A stretch of 64,000 bases of DNA, from positions 10,885 through 74,884 of the forward strand of contig CANIFU010000004.1 of assembly GCA_947466965.1 (NCBI GenBank), written 5' to 3'. Shown in pieces: positions 29,553 to 40,355 of this stretch. How positions within the stretch are numbered: position 1 is the stretch's first letter; each line of letters opens with the position of its first letter. The notes under the pieces were generated by a model. That model worked only from the letters and a program-made list of their open reading frames with translations, did no database searches and was not told the origin of the DNA. The DNA comes from Bacteroidota bacterium. GTDB lineage: Bacteria; Bacteroidota; Bacteroidia; 2-12-FULL-35-15. Made by a program: the position numbers and the translations under genes.

Positions 29553-29961
29553 TATAAATAATTTAATTTTTTTTGCGAAACAAAAGTAAGTAAATAAATA
29601 ATATAAAAATGGTAGTATTTATGCGATCCTGAATACAACCTCTACATGTATTAAAACAACTTGAAAACAAATTTGTTCAGCTATTCTATAATCAAAATAA
29701 TTATTACTTGACTTGGAGGATACTAATGAAGCTTTGAGTTTAAATCATGAACCATATCCAAATAAACAAGTGCTCTTCCCTATAAAAAATCCGGATTCAA
29801 ATTACATAGCTTTTGCAGGCATATTGCCTATAGCAAGTTGCAATATCTTCTGAAGATATTCGTTAGTAAAATAGATTGTTGAAAACGTTTGTTAAAAAGT
29901 TTGCAATTAGTATGTATTAAGGTTAATTTAGAAACTTACTTTTATAAAAAAGACAGAACTG

Positions 29962-31397
29962 TGAAGCTACTTCAAAAAATATTTTTATTACACGTCAAAG
30001 CACTTTGCTTTATTTCGTTCCTTTTATTGGTTATTCCAGCAGACGCTCAAACTAAGAATAAAAACGTACCTGTTGTGGAGAAATACATCGTAGGTTATAA
30101 CGATGTTACAAAAATGAAGTTCATTAATGATTCAATCATGTATGCTGAAGGCTGGCAACATTTGCCACAGCCAAAATTCTGGCGGCAAATCATGAATTTG
30201 TCGCCTGACTCTGCGATTATAAGTGTTGCTACCAGTAGGAAAATGTTAGACAAAGTTTCAACAAAGGAATGGAATAAACTAACCGATATACAAAAAAGCA
30301 TTTATAGGGATGACATCCGGAAAAACAATAATATTCCGGACAGTGTCAGCATATTAGTTACTGCCGGAAAAAAAGATTTTTATGAATTTAAAAAAGTAAT
30401 GCCAACCATCAATCGTTCGATTGATGTATTCAAGCAGAATGGTGTTGACCCTTGGTATGCTCAGGCTATATTGCTGATTGAGAGTCCAGGGAAAATGAAT
30501 ACTAAATCTACGGTAGGTGCAAATGGGCCGTTTCAATTAATGAAAGCCGTTGCGCGTAACCAAGGACTGATCGTAAATAAAACAATAGACGAGCGCACCA
30601 ATATTGAAAAATCAGCACTGGGAGCATCCCGTTTATTGAGCAGGATCTGTATCCCTTATACCAAAGCGATGCTGGATAGCGCGCATGTAAGCTACAACGA
30701 AACCGATCTTTGGTTTCGTCTGCTGGTATTGCATTCCTACCATGCCGGAGCCGGAAATGTGGCTGGAGTGATCCGAAAAATCAATCCATGCGAAGGTGGT
30801 ATGCAGCTGATACAAACGGTATGGCAAACTACTTATGGAGGCTTTAAAAATGCATCACAAAATTATTCACAACTTGCTTTAGCTGCATTTTGTAATTTCG
30901 ATCAACTGATCACACAACAAAAAGATTCGGTTTATTTAATTGAGGGTGATAGAATGTTCAATGCTTATGCTAGTTGCAAATGTGCCCCATATGATGCATG
31001 CGCTTATTTAGGAAATTGCATCACAACCTACGAGCACGATTTTATTGATGGTGTTATTCCTTTCGATTATTTTATTTCTAAAGTAAAAACAGTAGAAATA
31101 GAATTAAGCGGACTAACTCCATTCAAATATCCTTATAACGATGACCACATAAACGATATCGGTTTTAAACTGTTAAAAGCCCGTAAAACGGAAGAAGCAT
31201 ATAAACTTTTTAAACACAATGAATTACAGCATCCTGATTCTTGGGCAGTATACCACGGTTTGGGGGAAACATATCGTTTGATGGGGGAAAAAGATATGGC
31301 ACTTAGCAATTACAAAAAATCATTAAAAATTAATCCCAATAACGAAGATAGTCAACGTGCTATGGCAAAATTAATGGCAAAACCAGCCAAAAAATAA
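29962..31397 (+). CDS. Lytic transglycosylase (SLT domain) with C-terminal TPR repeats
   Basis: The SLT catalytic motif is LLIESPG...GPFQLM. TPR-like repeats occur at the C-terminus. The signal peptide is consistent with a GTG start at 29962. The ORF track begins at 29889. Confidence 0.6.
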
Positions 31398-31687
31398 GCC
31401 CTATTTCTTAATCATTTTTTTCGTAAATTAGCAATCCGATTGATGGAACGCGGATGACACTGATAAAACGGATTTACACCAATTTTTCTGTTATTTCTAA
31501 CCGTAACCCTGAGCGTAGTCGAATGGAAAAGAGGAAAATCTCTTTGCTTGAATAGCATTTGATTGCGATTAGATTATCGGAAATGGAACGCAGATTATCA
31601 TGATCTTCATGATTAAAATGGATTTCTATTTTATAATTAAAAAAATGGATTTTTATTGCCTTTGGCAATGATTGGATAGTACTAGAA

Positions 31688-33685
31688 ATGATACACAAAG
31701 AATACATAGATAAAATATTTGAAGCTGCCCGTGTTGAGGAGGTAGTTGCTGATTATGTTTCGCTAAAAAAACGCGGAGCTAATTTAATTGGCTGCTGTCC
31801 CTTTCACAATGAGAAAACTCCTTCTTTTTATGTTTCTCCTGCTAAAGGTATTTACAAATGTTTTGGTTGTGGAAAAGGTGGACATGCAATCAACTTTATC
31901 ATGGAGCATGATAAGTTAACGTATCCAGATGCTTTACGTTACCTCGCAAAAAAATACAACATTGAAATTGTTGAAGAGGAACAAACGCCTGAACAAATTC
32001 AACATAACAACGACAGAGAAAGTTTATTGGTTGTTTCTTCTTATGCTCAAAAACATTTTTCTGAAAATTTATACAATACCGATGAAGGAAAATCCATCGG
32101 TCTAGGATATTTTAAAGAACGCGGCTTGAGAGAAGACATCATCCAAAAATTTCAATTGGGTTATAGCATCAACCAACGAAATGCGTTTACAGAAATTGCC
32201 GTTGCGACAGGTTACAAAATGGAATACCTTGTTAAATCAGGTTTAACCATTGAGTACAAGAATGAAGCGGAAGTAAATGCGGAGACGGGTGAAATTATTA
32301 AAGCTGCTGACACAAAACATGCAGATCGTTTTTGGGGGCGAGTGATGTTTCCGATTCACAACCAAAGCGGAAGAGTAATTGCATTTGGTGGAAGAACTTT
32401 ACGCACAGATATAAAAACTTCGAAATACGTTAACTCTCCCGAGACAGAAATTTATCATAAGAGTGATGTTTTATACGGATTATATCATTCGAAGAATGCC
32501 ATTGTAAAAGAAAAATTCTGCTTCCTTGTGGAAGGGTATATGGATGTGATTGCCATGCACCAAGCGGGTGTTGAGAATGTGGTGGCAAGTAGCGGAACAG
32601 CTTTAACCGCAGGACAAATAAAATTAATCCAACGTTTCACAAACGATATTATTATTTCTTACGATGGTGACCAAGCCGGAATAAATGCAGCATTAAAAGG
32701 AATTGATCTTTTGTTGGAAGAAGGAATGAATGTAAAAGTTCTTCTTTTTCCTGATGGTGATGACCCGGATTCTTATTCTAAAAAAGTAAGCACACAAGAC
32801 TTAAAAGATTTCATCGTTAACAATGCTCAGAATTTTATTTCTTACAAAGCCAACATCTTAACCAAAGGTACAAACAACGATCCTTTGAAAAAAGCAGAGG
32901 CTATCAAGAAAATAGTACAAAGTATTGCGCTTATTCCTGATGCCATTTACCGCTCTGTTTATGTGAAAGAGTGCAGCCGCATCATGGAAGTGGATGAGCA
33001 AATTTTGTTGAGTGAATTAAATAAAATCAGAAGCAAAAATTTTAACGACAAACGAAATAACCCGCAGCAGCAAAACCAAGTTTCTCCTGAAAATGAACCA
33101 ATACTTCCTGAAAAGAAAGAACATACCATTGCTGATGCTGAACACCAGGAAAGAGATATTATTCGCTTGCTAATTAATTTTGGAGCGAGTATGGTTAAAG
33201 TAGAAAGCCAGAATGAAGAAGGAGAAGATATTGAAATAGAAGTTTCTGTTGCGTATTTACTAACGCACGAACTACAAAGCGATAATATTGTTTTAGAAAA
33301 TTTAGTATATAATTCTATTTTTTCTGAATTCGTTCAGCACTTAGAAAAAGATGCTGTTCCTGATACAAATTATTTTATTGGTCACGAAAATTCTGCCATC
33401 TGTTCTTTAACCATTGATTTGATAAGCAGTCCGTACACCCTAGCCAACTGGGAACAGCACGGCATTTATCCAACAGAAGAGAAAACTGTTTTAAAGCGTT
33501 CTGTTGATAATGCTATATATGCATTAAAAAGCCGTAAAATAGAAATGATGATTTACGACATTCAAAAACGTTTAAAAGAAAATCCACCTGAAGAAGAAAT
33601 GATGACTTTGATGCAAACACAACAATCTTTATTGGAAGCGAAAAAAGCTTTTAATAGTATGTTGGGCAGGATTGTGGTGAAGTAG
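31688..33685 (+). CDS. dnaG: DNA primase
   Basis: 665 aa. The zinc ribbon is CPFHNEKTPSFYVS...CFGCG. The TOPRIM domain is EGYMDVIA...DGDQAG. Confidence 0.9.
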   Translation: MIHKEYIDKIFEAARVEEVVADYVSLKKRGANLIGCCPFHNEKTPSFYVSPAKGIYKCFGCGKGGHAINFIMEHDKLTYPDALRYLAKKYNIEIVEEEQTPEQIQHNNDRESLLVVSSYAQKHFSENLYNTDEGKSIGLGYFKERGLREDIIQKFQLGYSINQRNAFTEIAVATGYKMEYLVKSGLTIEYKNEAEVNAETGEIIKAADTKHADRFWGRVMFPIHNQSGRVIAFGGRTLRTDIKTSKYVNSPETEIYHKSDVLYGLYHSKNAIVKEKFCFLVEGYMDVIAMHQAGVENVVASSGTALTAGQIKLIQRFTNDIIISYDGDQAGINAALKGIDLLLEEGMNVKVLLFPDGDDPDSYSKKVSTQDLKDFIVNNAQNFISYKANILTKGTNNDPLKKAEAIKKIVQSIALIPDAIYRSVYVKECSRIMEVDEQILLSELNKIRSKNFNDKRNNPQQQNQVSPENEPILPEKKEHTIADAEHQERDIIRLLINFGASMVKVESQNEEGEDIEIEVSVAYLLTHELQSDNIVLENLVYNSIFSEFVQHLEKDAVPDTNYFIGHENSAICSLTIDLISSPYTLANWEQHGIYPTEEKTVLKRSVDNAIYALKSRKIEMMIYDIQKRLKENPPEEEMMTLMQTQQSLLEAKKAFNSMLGRIVVK

Positions 33686-33715
33686 GATTTATCTAATCCC
33701 AATCAAAATCAGCAA

Positions 33716-35434
33716 CTACTCCATCTTCATATCCTTAACATTCATCTGCAAAGAAACATTCCCATTATATTCATTCTCTTCAATTGCATAGCATGCGCTA
33801 AACGTTTTTTTGCGTAACACATCATCAAAATGCTGCGCTTGCGAAAATGCGATGGACGAAAATGTTTCCTTTTGTGTTTCTGCTTGTTGAATGTCCATTT
33901 TCAAATGATTATTTCCAACAATGCGAACATATCCTTTATCGACAAGTTTTGTGCTCATAAATACTGGTGACATATTCCCCGGACCAAACGGCTCAAACTG
34001 TTTTAAAATTCTGAAAAACTTAGGTGTGATATCAGTTAAATTTAGTTCGGCATCGATTGCAATTTCAGGAATAAGCATGTGATCTTGAATAGTTGCAGAA
34101 ACAACTTCTTCAAATCTTTGTTGAAAGGCTGCAAGATTTTCCAATTTCAGTGACAAGCCAGCCGCATATTTATGTCCGCCAAATTGTTCCAACAAATCAG
34201 CACAAGCTTCAATGGCATCGTATACATCAAAATCTTTTACCGAACGTGCAGAGCCTGTAGCCATTCCATTCGACTCTGTAAGAATGATAGTCGGGCGATA
34301 ATATTTTTCTATTAACCGTGATGCAACAATTCCGATAACTCCTTTGTGCCACTCTGCATGGAACAATACGGTCGATTTACGATTAATCAATTCCTTATTT
34401 TCATCGATCATGCTTAATGCATGTTGCGTAATACTTACATCTAAAACTCTGCGCTCAGTATTGGAAGTATTAATATTTATTCCGGATATTTTTGCGTCGG
34501 CATGATTTTCAGAAACCAAAAGAGCGACAGCATTTCTTCCCGTTTCAATTCTTCCTGCAGCGTTGATACGCGGGCCAACGGTGAATACCAATTCATTCAT
34601 CGTTACCTCCTTTTTGATATTTGCAAGATCTAATATTGCTTTGATTCCTTTGCGGGGTTCTTTATTTATTTGTTGTAATCCGAAATAACACAAGGCGCGA
34701 TTTTCATCAACGATAGGAACTAAGTCTGAAGCGATTGAAATAGCAGTAAGATCCAAATACTGAAACAAGGATTCGAAAGCAATATTATTTTTTTGAGCAT
34801 AGGCCTGTACCAATTTAAACCCAACACCACAACCACACAATTCATCGAATGGATAATTGCAATCGCTGCGTTTGGGATCTAGAATAGCAACAGCGCTGGG
34901 AAGAGTATCTCCCGGACGGTGGTGATCACAAATAATAAAATCAATGTTGCGCTCATTTGCGTAAGCTACTTTATCTATTGCTTTTATTCCACAATCAAGA
35001 GCAATGATAAGTGAGAAATTATTTTCTTTTGCGAAATCAATTCCGAGAAAAGAAATACCATAACCTTCGACATAACGGTCGGGAATATAATAATCAACAA
35101 GACCTTCAGAATGAGGTAAACTTTTCAGAAAAGAATATACCAGAGAAACGGCCGTTGTGCCATCTACGTCATAATCTCCGAAGACCAATATTTTTTCTTT
35201 GGCAGATATCGCCTTTTCTAAACGGGTAATGGCAATATCCATATCCTTCATTAAAAAAGGATCATGCAGATCGCTTAAGGAAGGGCGGAAAAATTTTTTT
35301 GCTTCCTCGTAAGTTTTGATCTCACGTTGTACTAATAAATTTGCCAACACTTTTTCTATCTTCAGCTCTTCAGCCAAACGGTTAACAATAGCTTCATCAA
35401 CTTCCGACTTTATACTCCACCTTTTTTCCATCAC
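33716..35434 (-). CDS. recJ: Single-stranded-DNA-specific exonuclease RecJ
   Basis: 572 aa. The DHH motifs are GDYDVDGTT and CDHH. A DHHA1 domain is present. Confidence 0.88.
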   Translation of the reverse strand: MMEKRWSIKSEVDEAIVNRLAEELKIEKVLANLLVQREIKTYEEAKKFFRPSLSDLHDPFLMKDMDIAITRLEKAISAKEKILVFGDYDVDGTTAVSLVYSFLKSLPHSEGLVDYYIPDRYVEGYGISFLGIDFAKENNFSLIIALDCGIKAIDKVAYANERNIDFIICDHHRPGDTLPSAVAILDPKRSDCNYPFDELCGCGVGFKLVQAYAQKNNIAFESLFQYLDLTAISIASDLVPIVDENRALCYFGLQQINKEPRKGIKAILDLANIKKEVTMNELVFTVGPRINAAGRIETGRNAVALLVSENHADAKISGININTSNTERRVLDVSITQHALSMIDENKELINRKSTVLFHAEWHKGVIGIVASRLIEKYYRPTIILTESNGMATGSARSVKDFDVYDAIEACADLLEQFGGHKYAAGLSLKLENLAAFQQRFEEVVSATIQDHMLIPEIAIDAELNLTDITPKFFRILKQFEPFGPGNMSPVFMSTKLVDKGYVRIVGNNHLKMDIQQAETQKETFSSIAFSQAQHFDDVLRKKTFSACYAIEENEYNGNVSLQMNVKDMKME

Positions 35435-35757
35435 AATTATTTATTGCTAAATTAAACAATTACATTCAATTTTTTCTGGTATTAACAAATACTAATTACT
35501 ATTCTAATAAAAGTCTTGACTTACAAAACAATAAATGCTAAGCGAAATCTGTATTCTATTTACTTCTTATTTATAAAAAAATATCCGCACCAACCCAATA
35601 ACATTGCTTCCCAAATAGACAATAGTATCCCATTTTAAGAAAAATCTATAATCGCTAAAATTTCAAGTATTTGATTATCATACAGATAGAATTTAGGAAC
35701 AAATTTAGCAGATAGATATGTTTAAATTATAGAATTATTAGTTGAAACGGAAAAAAA

Positions 35758-37842
35758 ATGAAAAAAAAACTACTTACTCTCTTATCTTCCATCGTAATAT
35801 TTACATTAAATGCACAAACATTTATAAATACTACTGGAGGGACTATCACAGACGACAATGCATACAACTACTATCCCATACCTGTTAGTGGTTTAGCAAC
35901 AGCTATAAATACAAGCACATTTGGAATAGAATCTATTACTATAAATGTATTGCATACCAATGACGCGGATCTTAGAATGAAATTGCAATCTCCAGCCGGT
36001 TCCGTGTTTGTAATTACATCGTTTGCCGGAGGAACAGGAGACAACTATACAAACACCGTTTTTCACGATTCGGCTGCAACACCGATAAGTAGCGGAACGG
36101 CTCCTTTTACAGGTGTTTTTAAACCTACCGAAGCCTTAGCTTCCTTTAATAACGGGCAAAATCCGAATGGCACTTGGAATTTAATGATTCGAGATCAAAC
36201 CGTGGGTGCAGTGGGAAATGTAATTTCCTGGCGTATCAAGTTTAGTAATACACCAGCTGGATATATTAATTTCACAAGTAGTAATTTACCAATCGTTATT
36301 ATTAATACCGGTGGAGTTGCAATCCCTGATGAACCTAAAATAAATGCAACAATGGGAATCATTTATAATGGTGTTGGAGTAATGAATAATATTAATGACT
36401 CTGCTAATAATTATAATGGGAATATTGGCATTGAAATACGTGGCGCATATTCTGCTTCTTTGCCTCAAAAACCTTATGCCATTGAAACACGTGATGCATT
36501 AAATGCTGAATTAAATGTTTCTTTGCTTAATATGCCAGAGGAACATGATTGGTGCCTGATTGCAAATTATAATGATAAAGCATTTATGCGTAACACATTA
36601 CCTTATAAACTTTTTAGTGAAATGGGGCATTATGGCGCGAGAAGCCAATTCTGTGAAGTTGTTCTGAACGGGAGCTATCAAGGAATCTATTTATTGATGG
36701 AATCTATTAAGAGAGATAGTAATAGAGTAGACATTGCAAAATTAGACTCCACTGAAAATACAGGTATAAATGTAACAGGTGGTTATATTATTAAAAACGA
36801 CTATTGGGACGCAAGTAATAGTTGGTTACTAAATTACCATCCAATAGATCACCCAACATTTAATGTAAATTTAGTTTATGATTATCCGAAGCCAACTTCA
36901 ATTACCCCTCAGCAAAAAACGTACATTCAAACATATATGAATGATTTTGAGACCGCTTTATATGGAGCAAATTTCGCGGATACACTAAATGGATACAAAA
37001 AATACATCGGCACTAAATCATTTATTGATTATCTTATTGTGAATGAATTGGCTAGAAATAATGACGGCTTTAAAAAAAGTAGCTATTTTCATAAAGATAA
37101 TAATACAGCTACAGCAGTTTCTAAACTTAAAGCTGGACCTGTTTGGGATTTTGATTGGGCATGGAAAAACATAAATGAATGCTCTATTTTTTCTGCAACA
37201 GACGGATCGGGATGGGCACATCATATAAATGATTGCGGCCCAGATGTAAACTCACCAGGTTGGTATGTTCGACTTATGCAAGATACTGCATTTCAAAATA
37301 CACTGCGTTGTCGTTGGGAATATTTTAGAACTACTATTTTAAGTAGCAGCTATCTTAATAATTATATCGATTCTATTTCTATCTATTTAAATGCTGCTCA
37401 AAATCGTCATTTCCAAAGATGGGGGAATTTAGGTGTGAGTACCGGAACACCTGAAATGGAACCCGATCCAATAACTTTTGCAGGACAAATTACAAAATTC
37501 AAAGACTGGATTGATTTACGTATTGCATGGTTAGATTTAAATATACCTGGCAATACATTTAACTGCGATTTTACTTCGGTGGAAGAAATAGAAATGCGTC
37601 CTGCGAATTTTAGTTTTTTCCCTAATCCAGCAATCGATAATTTAACTATTTTTTCGAATACTAAAGAACTAATAAAACAGATCGAATTGTTTGATATAAA
37701 TGGTAAACTAATAATGAAAATGAATGTGAATGCCAATCAAACAAGCATAAATGTTACAGATTTATCTAACGGTATATACATATGTAAAGTATATAATTCA
37801 ACCCCAAAGTTCCAAACCGAAAAAATAGTATTAATCCATTAA
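35758..37842 (+). CDS. Secreted CotH kinase-like protein with N-terminal proprotein-convertase P-domain and T9SS type-A C-terminal sorting domain (paralog A)
   Basis: 694 aa. The signal peptide is followed by a P-domain-like segment (DLRMKLQSPAGS...GTWNLMIRD...W.IKF). CotH motifs follow (IEIRGAYSAS..PQKPY; DKAFMRNTLPYKLFSEMGHYG; GIYLLMESI). A Por_Secre_tail-like CTD (FPNPAID...NGIYICKV) is at the C-terminus. Confidence 0.75.
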   Translation: MKKKLLTLLSSIVIFTLNAQTFINTTGGTITDDNAYNYYPIPVSGLATAINTSTFGIESITINVLHTNDADLRMKLQSPAGSVFVITSFAGGTGDNYTNTVFHDSAATPISSGTAPFTGVFKPTEALASFNNGQNPNGTWNLMIRDQTVGAVGNVISWRIKFSNTPAGYINFTSSNLPIVIINTGGVAIPDEPKINATMGIIYNGVGVMNNINDSANNYNGNIGIEIRGAYSASLPQKPYAIETRDALNAELNVSLLNMPEEHDWCLIANYNDKAFMRNTLPYKLFSEMGHYGARSQFCEVVLNGSYQGIYLLMESIKRDSNRVDIAKLDSTENTGINVTGGYIIKNDYWDASNSWLLNYHPIDHPTFNVNLVYDYPKPTSITPQQKTYIQTYMNDFETALYGANFADTLNGYKKYIGTKSFIDYLIVNELARNNDGFKKSSYFHKDNNTATAVSKLKAGPVWDFDWAWKNINECSIFSATDGSGWAHHINDCGPDVNSPGWYVRLMQDTAFQNTLRCRWEYFRTTILSSSYLNNYIDSISIYLNAAQNRHFQRWGNLGVSTGTPEMEPDPITFAGQITKFKDWIDLRIAWLDLNIPGNTFNCDFTSVEEIEMRPANFSFFPNPAIDNLTIFSNTKELIKQIELFDINGKLIMKMNVNANQTSINVTDLSNGIYICKVYNSTPKFQTEKIVLIH
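35815..36330 (+). repeat. Near-identical 5' segment shared by the two CotH paralogs (copy 1)
   Basis: About 88% DNA identity to 37917-38432. The rest of the genes are far more divergent. Confidence 0.7.
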
Positions 37843-37859
37843 TTATTTAATTAAGCCAA

Positions 37860-39944
37860 ATGAAAAAATATTTTCTACTCATAATATCTTGTTTTATAGT
37901 TTCAATAACACAAGCACAAACTTTCACAAATACTATTGGAGGAAGCATCACCGACGATAATGTATACAACTACTATCCCATACCGGTTAGTGGTTTGGCA
38001 ACCGCAATTAACACGAGCACATTTGGAATAGAATCAATAACCATAAACGTATTACATACGAATGACGTGGATCTTAGAATGAAATTGCAATCACCAGCCG
38101 GTTCTATGTTTGTACTAACATCGTTTGCTGGGGGAACAGGAAACAATTATACAAACACCGTTTTTAACGATACGGCAACAACATCGACAAGTAGTGGCAC
38201 GGCTCCTTTCACGGGCGTTTTCAAACCTACCGAAGCCTTAGCATCCTTTAATAACGGGCAAAATCCGAATGGAACTTGGAATTTAATGATTCGTGATCAA
38301 ACAGTTACTGAAGTTGGAAATGTAATTTCCTGGAGTATCAAATTTAGCAATACGCCAGCAGGAAATATTAATTTCACCAGTAGTAATTTACCAATCGTTA
38401 TTATTAATACCGGTGGAGTTGCAATACCAACTGAACCTAAAATAGGAGCAACTATGGGCATCATTTATAATGGTGCTGGAGTAAGAAATTACTTAACAGA
38501 CCCTTATAATAATTACAACAATAAAATTGGAATCGAACTTAGAGGTTCAAGTTCTGCTAGTTTCCCACAAAAAAGTTATGGCTTTGAGACTCGTGACGTG
38601 AACGGGACTCAAAAAGACACAATGATTTTGGGAATGCCTGAAGAAAACGACTGGATTCTATATGCTCCATATGATGACAAAACATGTATGAGAAATGTTT
38701 TAAGCTATGACATCGCAAACAAAACAGGACATTATGCTTCTCGTACTAAGTTTTGTGAATTGATGATTGATGGACAATACAAGGGGATATACGTGATGAT
38801 GGAAAAAATAAAAAGAGACTCTGCCAGAGTGAGTATTGCAAAATTATTACCTACTGATATTACAGGCGATGAATTAACAGGAGGCTATATCATTAAAGTT
38901 GACAGAGACGATGGAGCAGGAAGTTTTTGGACTTCATCCTATCCTTCTACTGCAGGTACTCCTATTAAATTTGTTCATGAATACCCCGAAAATGGAACAA
39001 TTGTTCCGCAACAAAGAGCATACATTCAATCGTATATGGACACCGTTGAAAATGTATTGAATAGTTCAACCTTTGCTGATCCAATTAATGGTTATAGAAA
39101 ATATATAGGAGTAAATTCCTTTATTGATTATTTTATTTTAAATGAAGTAAGTAAAAATGTTGATGGCTACCGCCTAAGTGCATTTTTATTTAAAGATAAA
39201 CAAAGCAATGGAGGTAAAATTAAAGCCGGTCCGGCTTGGGATTATAACTTAGCATGGTGGAATGCTGATTATTGTGAAGGCTTTGATACTGCTGGTTGGG
39301 CTTACGACTTTTCATCTGTTTGCGGTTCCGATACGTGGCAAGTCCCTTTCTGGTGGGGGAAATTATTACAAGATCCCAGTTATACTGCCCAATTAAGATG
39401 CAGATGGGATGAACTACGTTTATCGACATTAAGCATTCCGGTTTTAAATAATTACGTTGATTCAATAGCAGTATATCTTAACGAATCTAAAACAAGACAT
39501 TTCACAGTTTGGCCTATTTTAGGAATATATACGTGGCCAAATCCGAGTCCGATTCCATCAGATTATTCTGGAGAAATTACTGCATTAAAAACATGGATAA
39601 ACGATCGTATAATTTGGATGGATGCTAATCTTCCAGGTGTTTGTAATGTTAGTGTTGGCATAAACGAAGCCGTTTTAAATCAATCAAACATTTATATTTA
39701 TCCTAATCCTTCAAGTAATTTATTTCACGTTCAATTTTATTTATCACATTCCGAATCTCTAAAAATTGTAGTGCTAGATCTTTTAGGAAAAGTGGTTAAG
39801 ACAATTGATCAAACATCCTTTTATTCAGGCGAAAACAACATTGAAATAAATATTGAAGATTCAAATTTAAAGAATGGAATGTATCTTTTAAATATACAAT
39901 CAAGTAGAGGAGTCGTTTCTAAAAAGATTTCTATCATTAGATAA
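37860..39944 (+). CDS. Secreted CotH kinase-like protein with P-domain and T9SS CTD (paralog B)
   Basis: 694 aa with the same architecture as paralog A. The CTD is YPNPSSN...NGMYLLNI. Confidence 0.75.
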   Translation: MKKYFLLIISCFIVSITQAQTFTNTIGGSITDDNVYNYYPIPVSGLATAINTSTFGIESITINVLHTNDVDLRMKLQSPAGSMFVLTSFAGGTGNNYTNTVFNDTATTSTSSGTAPFTGVFKPTEALASFNNGQNPNGTWNLMIRDQTVTEVGNVISWSIKFSNTPAGNINFTSSNLPIVIINTGGVAIPTEPKIGATMGIIYNGAGVRNYLTDPYNNYNNKIGIELRGSSSASFPQKSYGFETRDVNGTQKDTMILGMPEENDWILYAPYDDKTCMRNVLSYDIANKTGHYASRTKFCELMIDGQYKGIYVMMEKIKRDSARVSIAKLLPTDITGDELTGGYIIKVDRDDGAGSFWTSSYPSTAGTPIKFVHEYPENGTIVPQQRAYIQSYMDTVENVLNSSTFADPINGYRKYIGVNSFIDYFILNEVSKNVDGYRLSAFLFKDKQSNGGKIKAGPAWDYNLAWWNADYCEGFDTAGWAYDFSSVCGSDTWQVPFWWGKLLQDPSYTAQLRCRWDELRLSTLSIPVLNNYVDSIAVYLNESKTRHFTVWPILGIYTWPNPSPIPSDYSGEITALKTWINDRIIWMDANLPGVCNVSVGINEAVLNQSNIYIYPNPSSNLFHVQFYLSHSESLKIVVLDLLGKVVKTIDQTSFYSGENNIEINIEDSNLKNGMYLLNIQSSRGVVSKKISIIR
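37917..38432 (+). repeat. Near-identical 5' segment shared by the two CotH paralogs (copy 2)
   Basis: Counterpart of 35815-36330. Confidence 0.7.
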
Positions 39945-39950
39945 AAATGA

Positions 39951-39993
39951 GTTTAAGAGAAAGTCAATCGCTATACATTGACTTTCTCTTAAA
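39951..39993. terminator. Perfect 18-bp stem hairpin (bidirectional terminator candidate)
   Basis: GTTTAAGAGAAAGTCAAT-cgctatac-ATTGACTTTCTCTTAAAC. A T-rich tract flanks it on the minus-strand reading. It lies directly after CotH paralog B. Confidence 0.55.
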
Positions 39994-40355
39994 CTAAAAA
40001 AGGGGTTTAAAACATTCCGAAAAGTCGAACCCTTTAATTCTGTTATTCTAGCAAAATATTAACATCCAAATTACAAATGCTTGGCATTGTAATGCATTAA
40101 AAAAACAAAATAAAGTGGAGTAAATACCCGCTTTTAGGTATTGAATTGATCATCGAATTTTCTCACATTTGCAGGGTAAATGAATTTACCGCAAAATATA
40201 TTTTATATTCCTAAGGCGATAACAGAAAATGTCGCTACTAGTTTATGGCGTTTTTATCCAGAAACAATGGAATGTAAAAAACTTAAAAAAAAATGTTGTA
40301 AAAATTATAAAAAAGATAAGCGCTGTAAACGCTGTCCGATGAATTCATAAAAATA

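Noticed and set aside
31474-31707. 77-aa minus-strand ORF overlapping the dnaG promoter and start
   Set aside because: It has no recognisable features and overlaps the dnaG 5' end, so it is likely spurious.
39990-40030. tRNA-like 'GTCGAACCC' segment
   Set aside because: It contains only a short stem-loop. It has no acceptor, D- or anticodon arms, so it is not a tRNA. I found no tRNA genes in any intergenic gap by eye.
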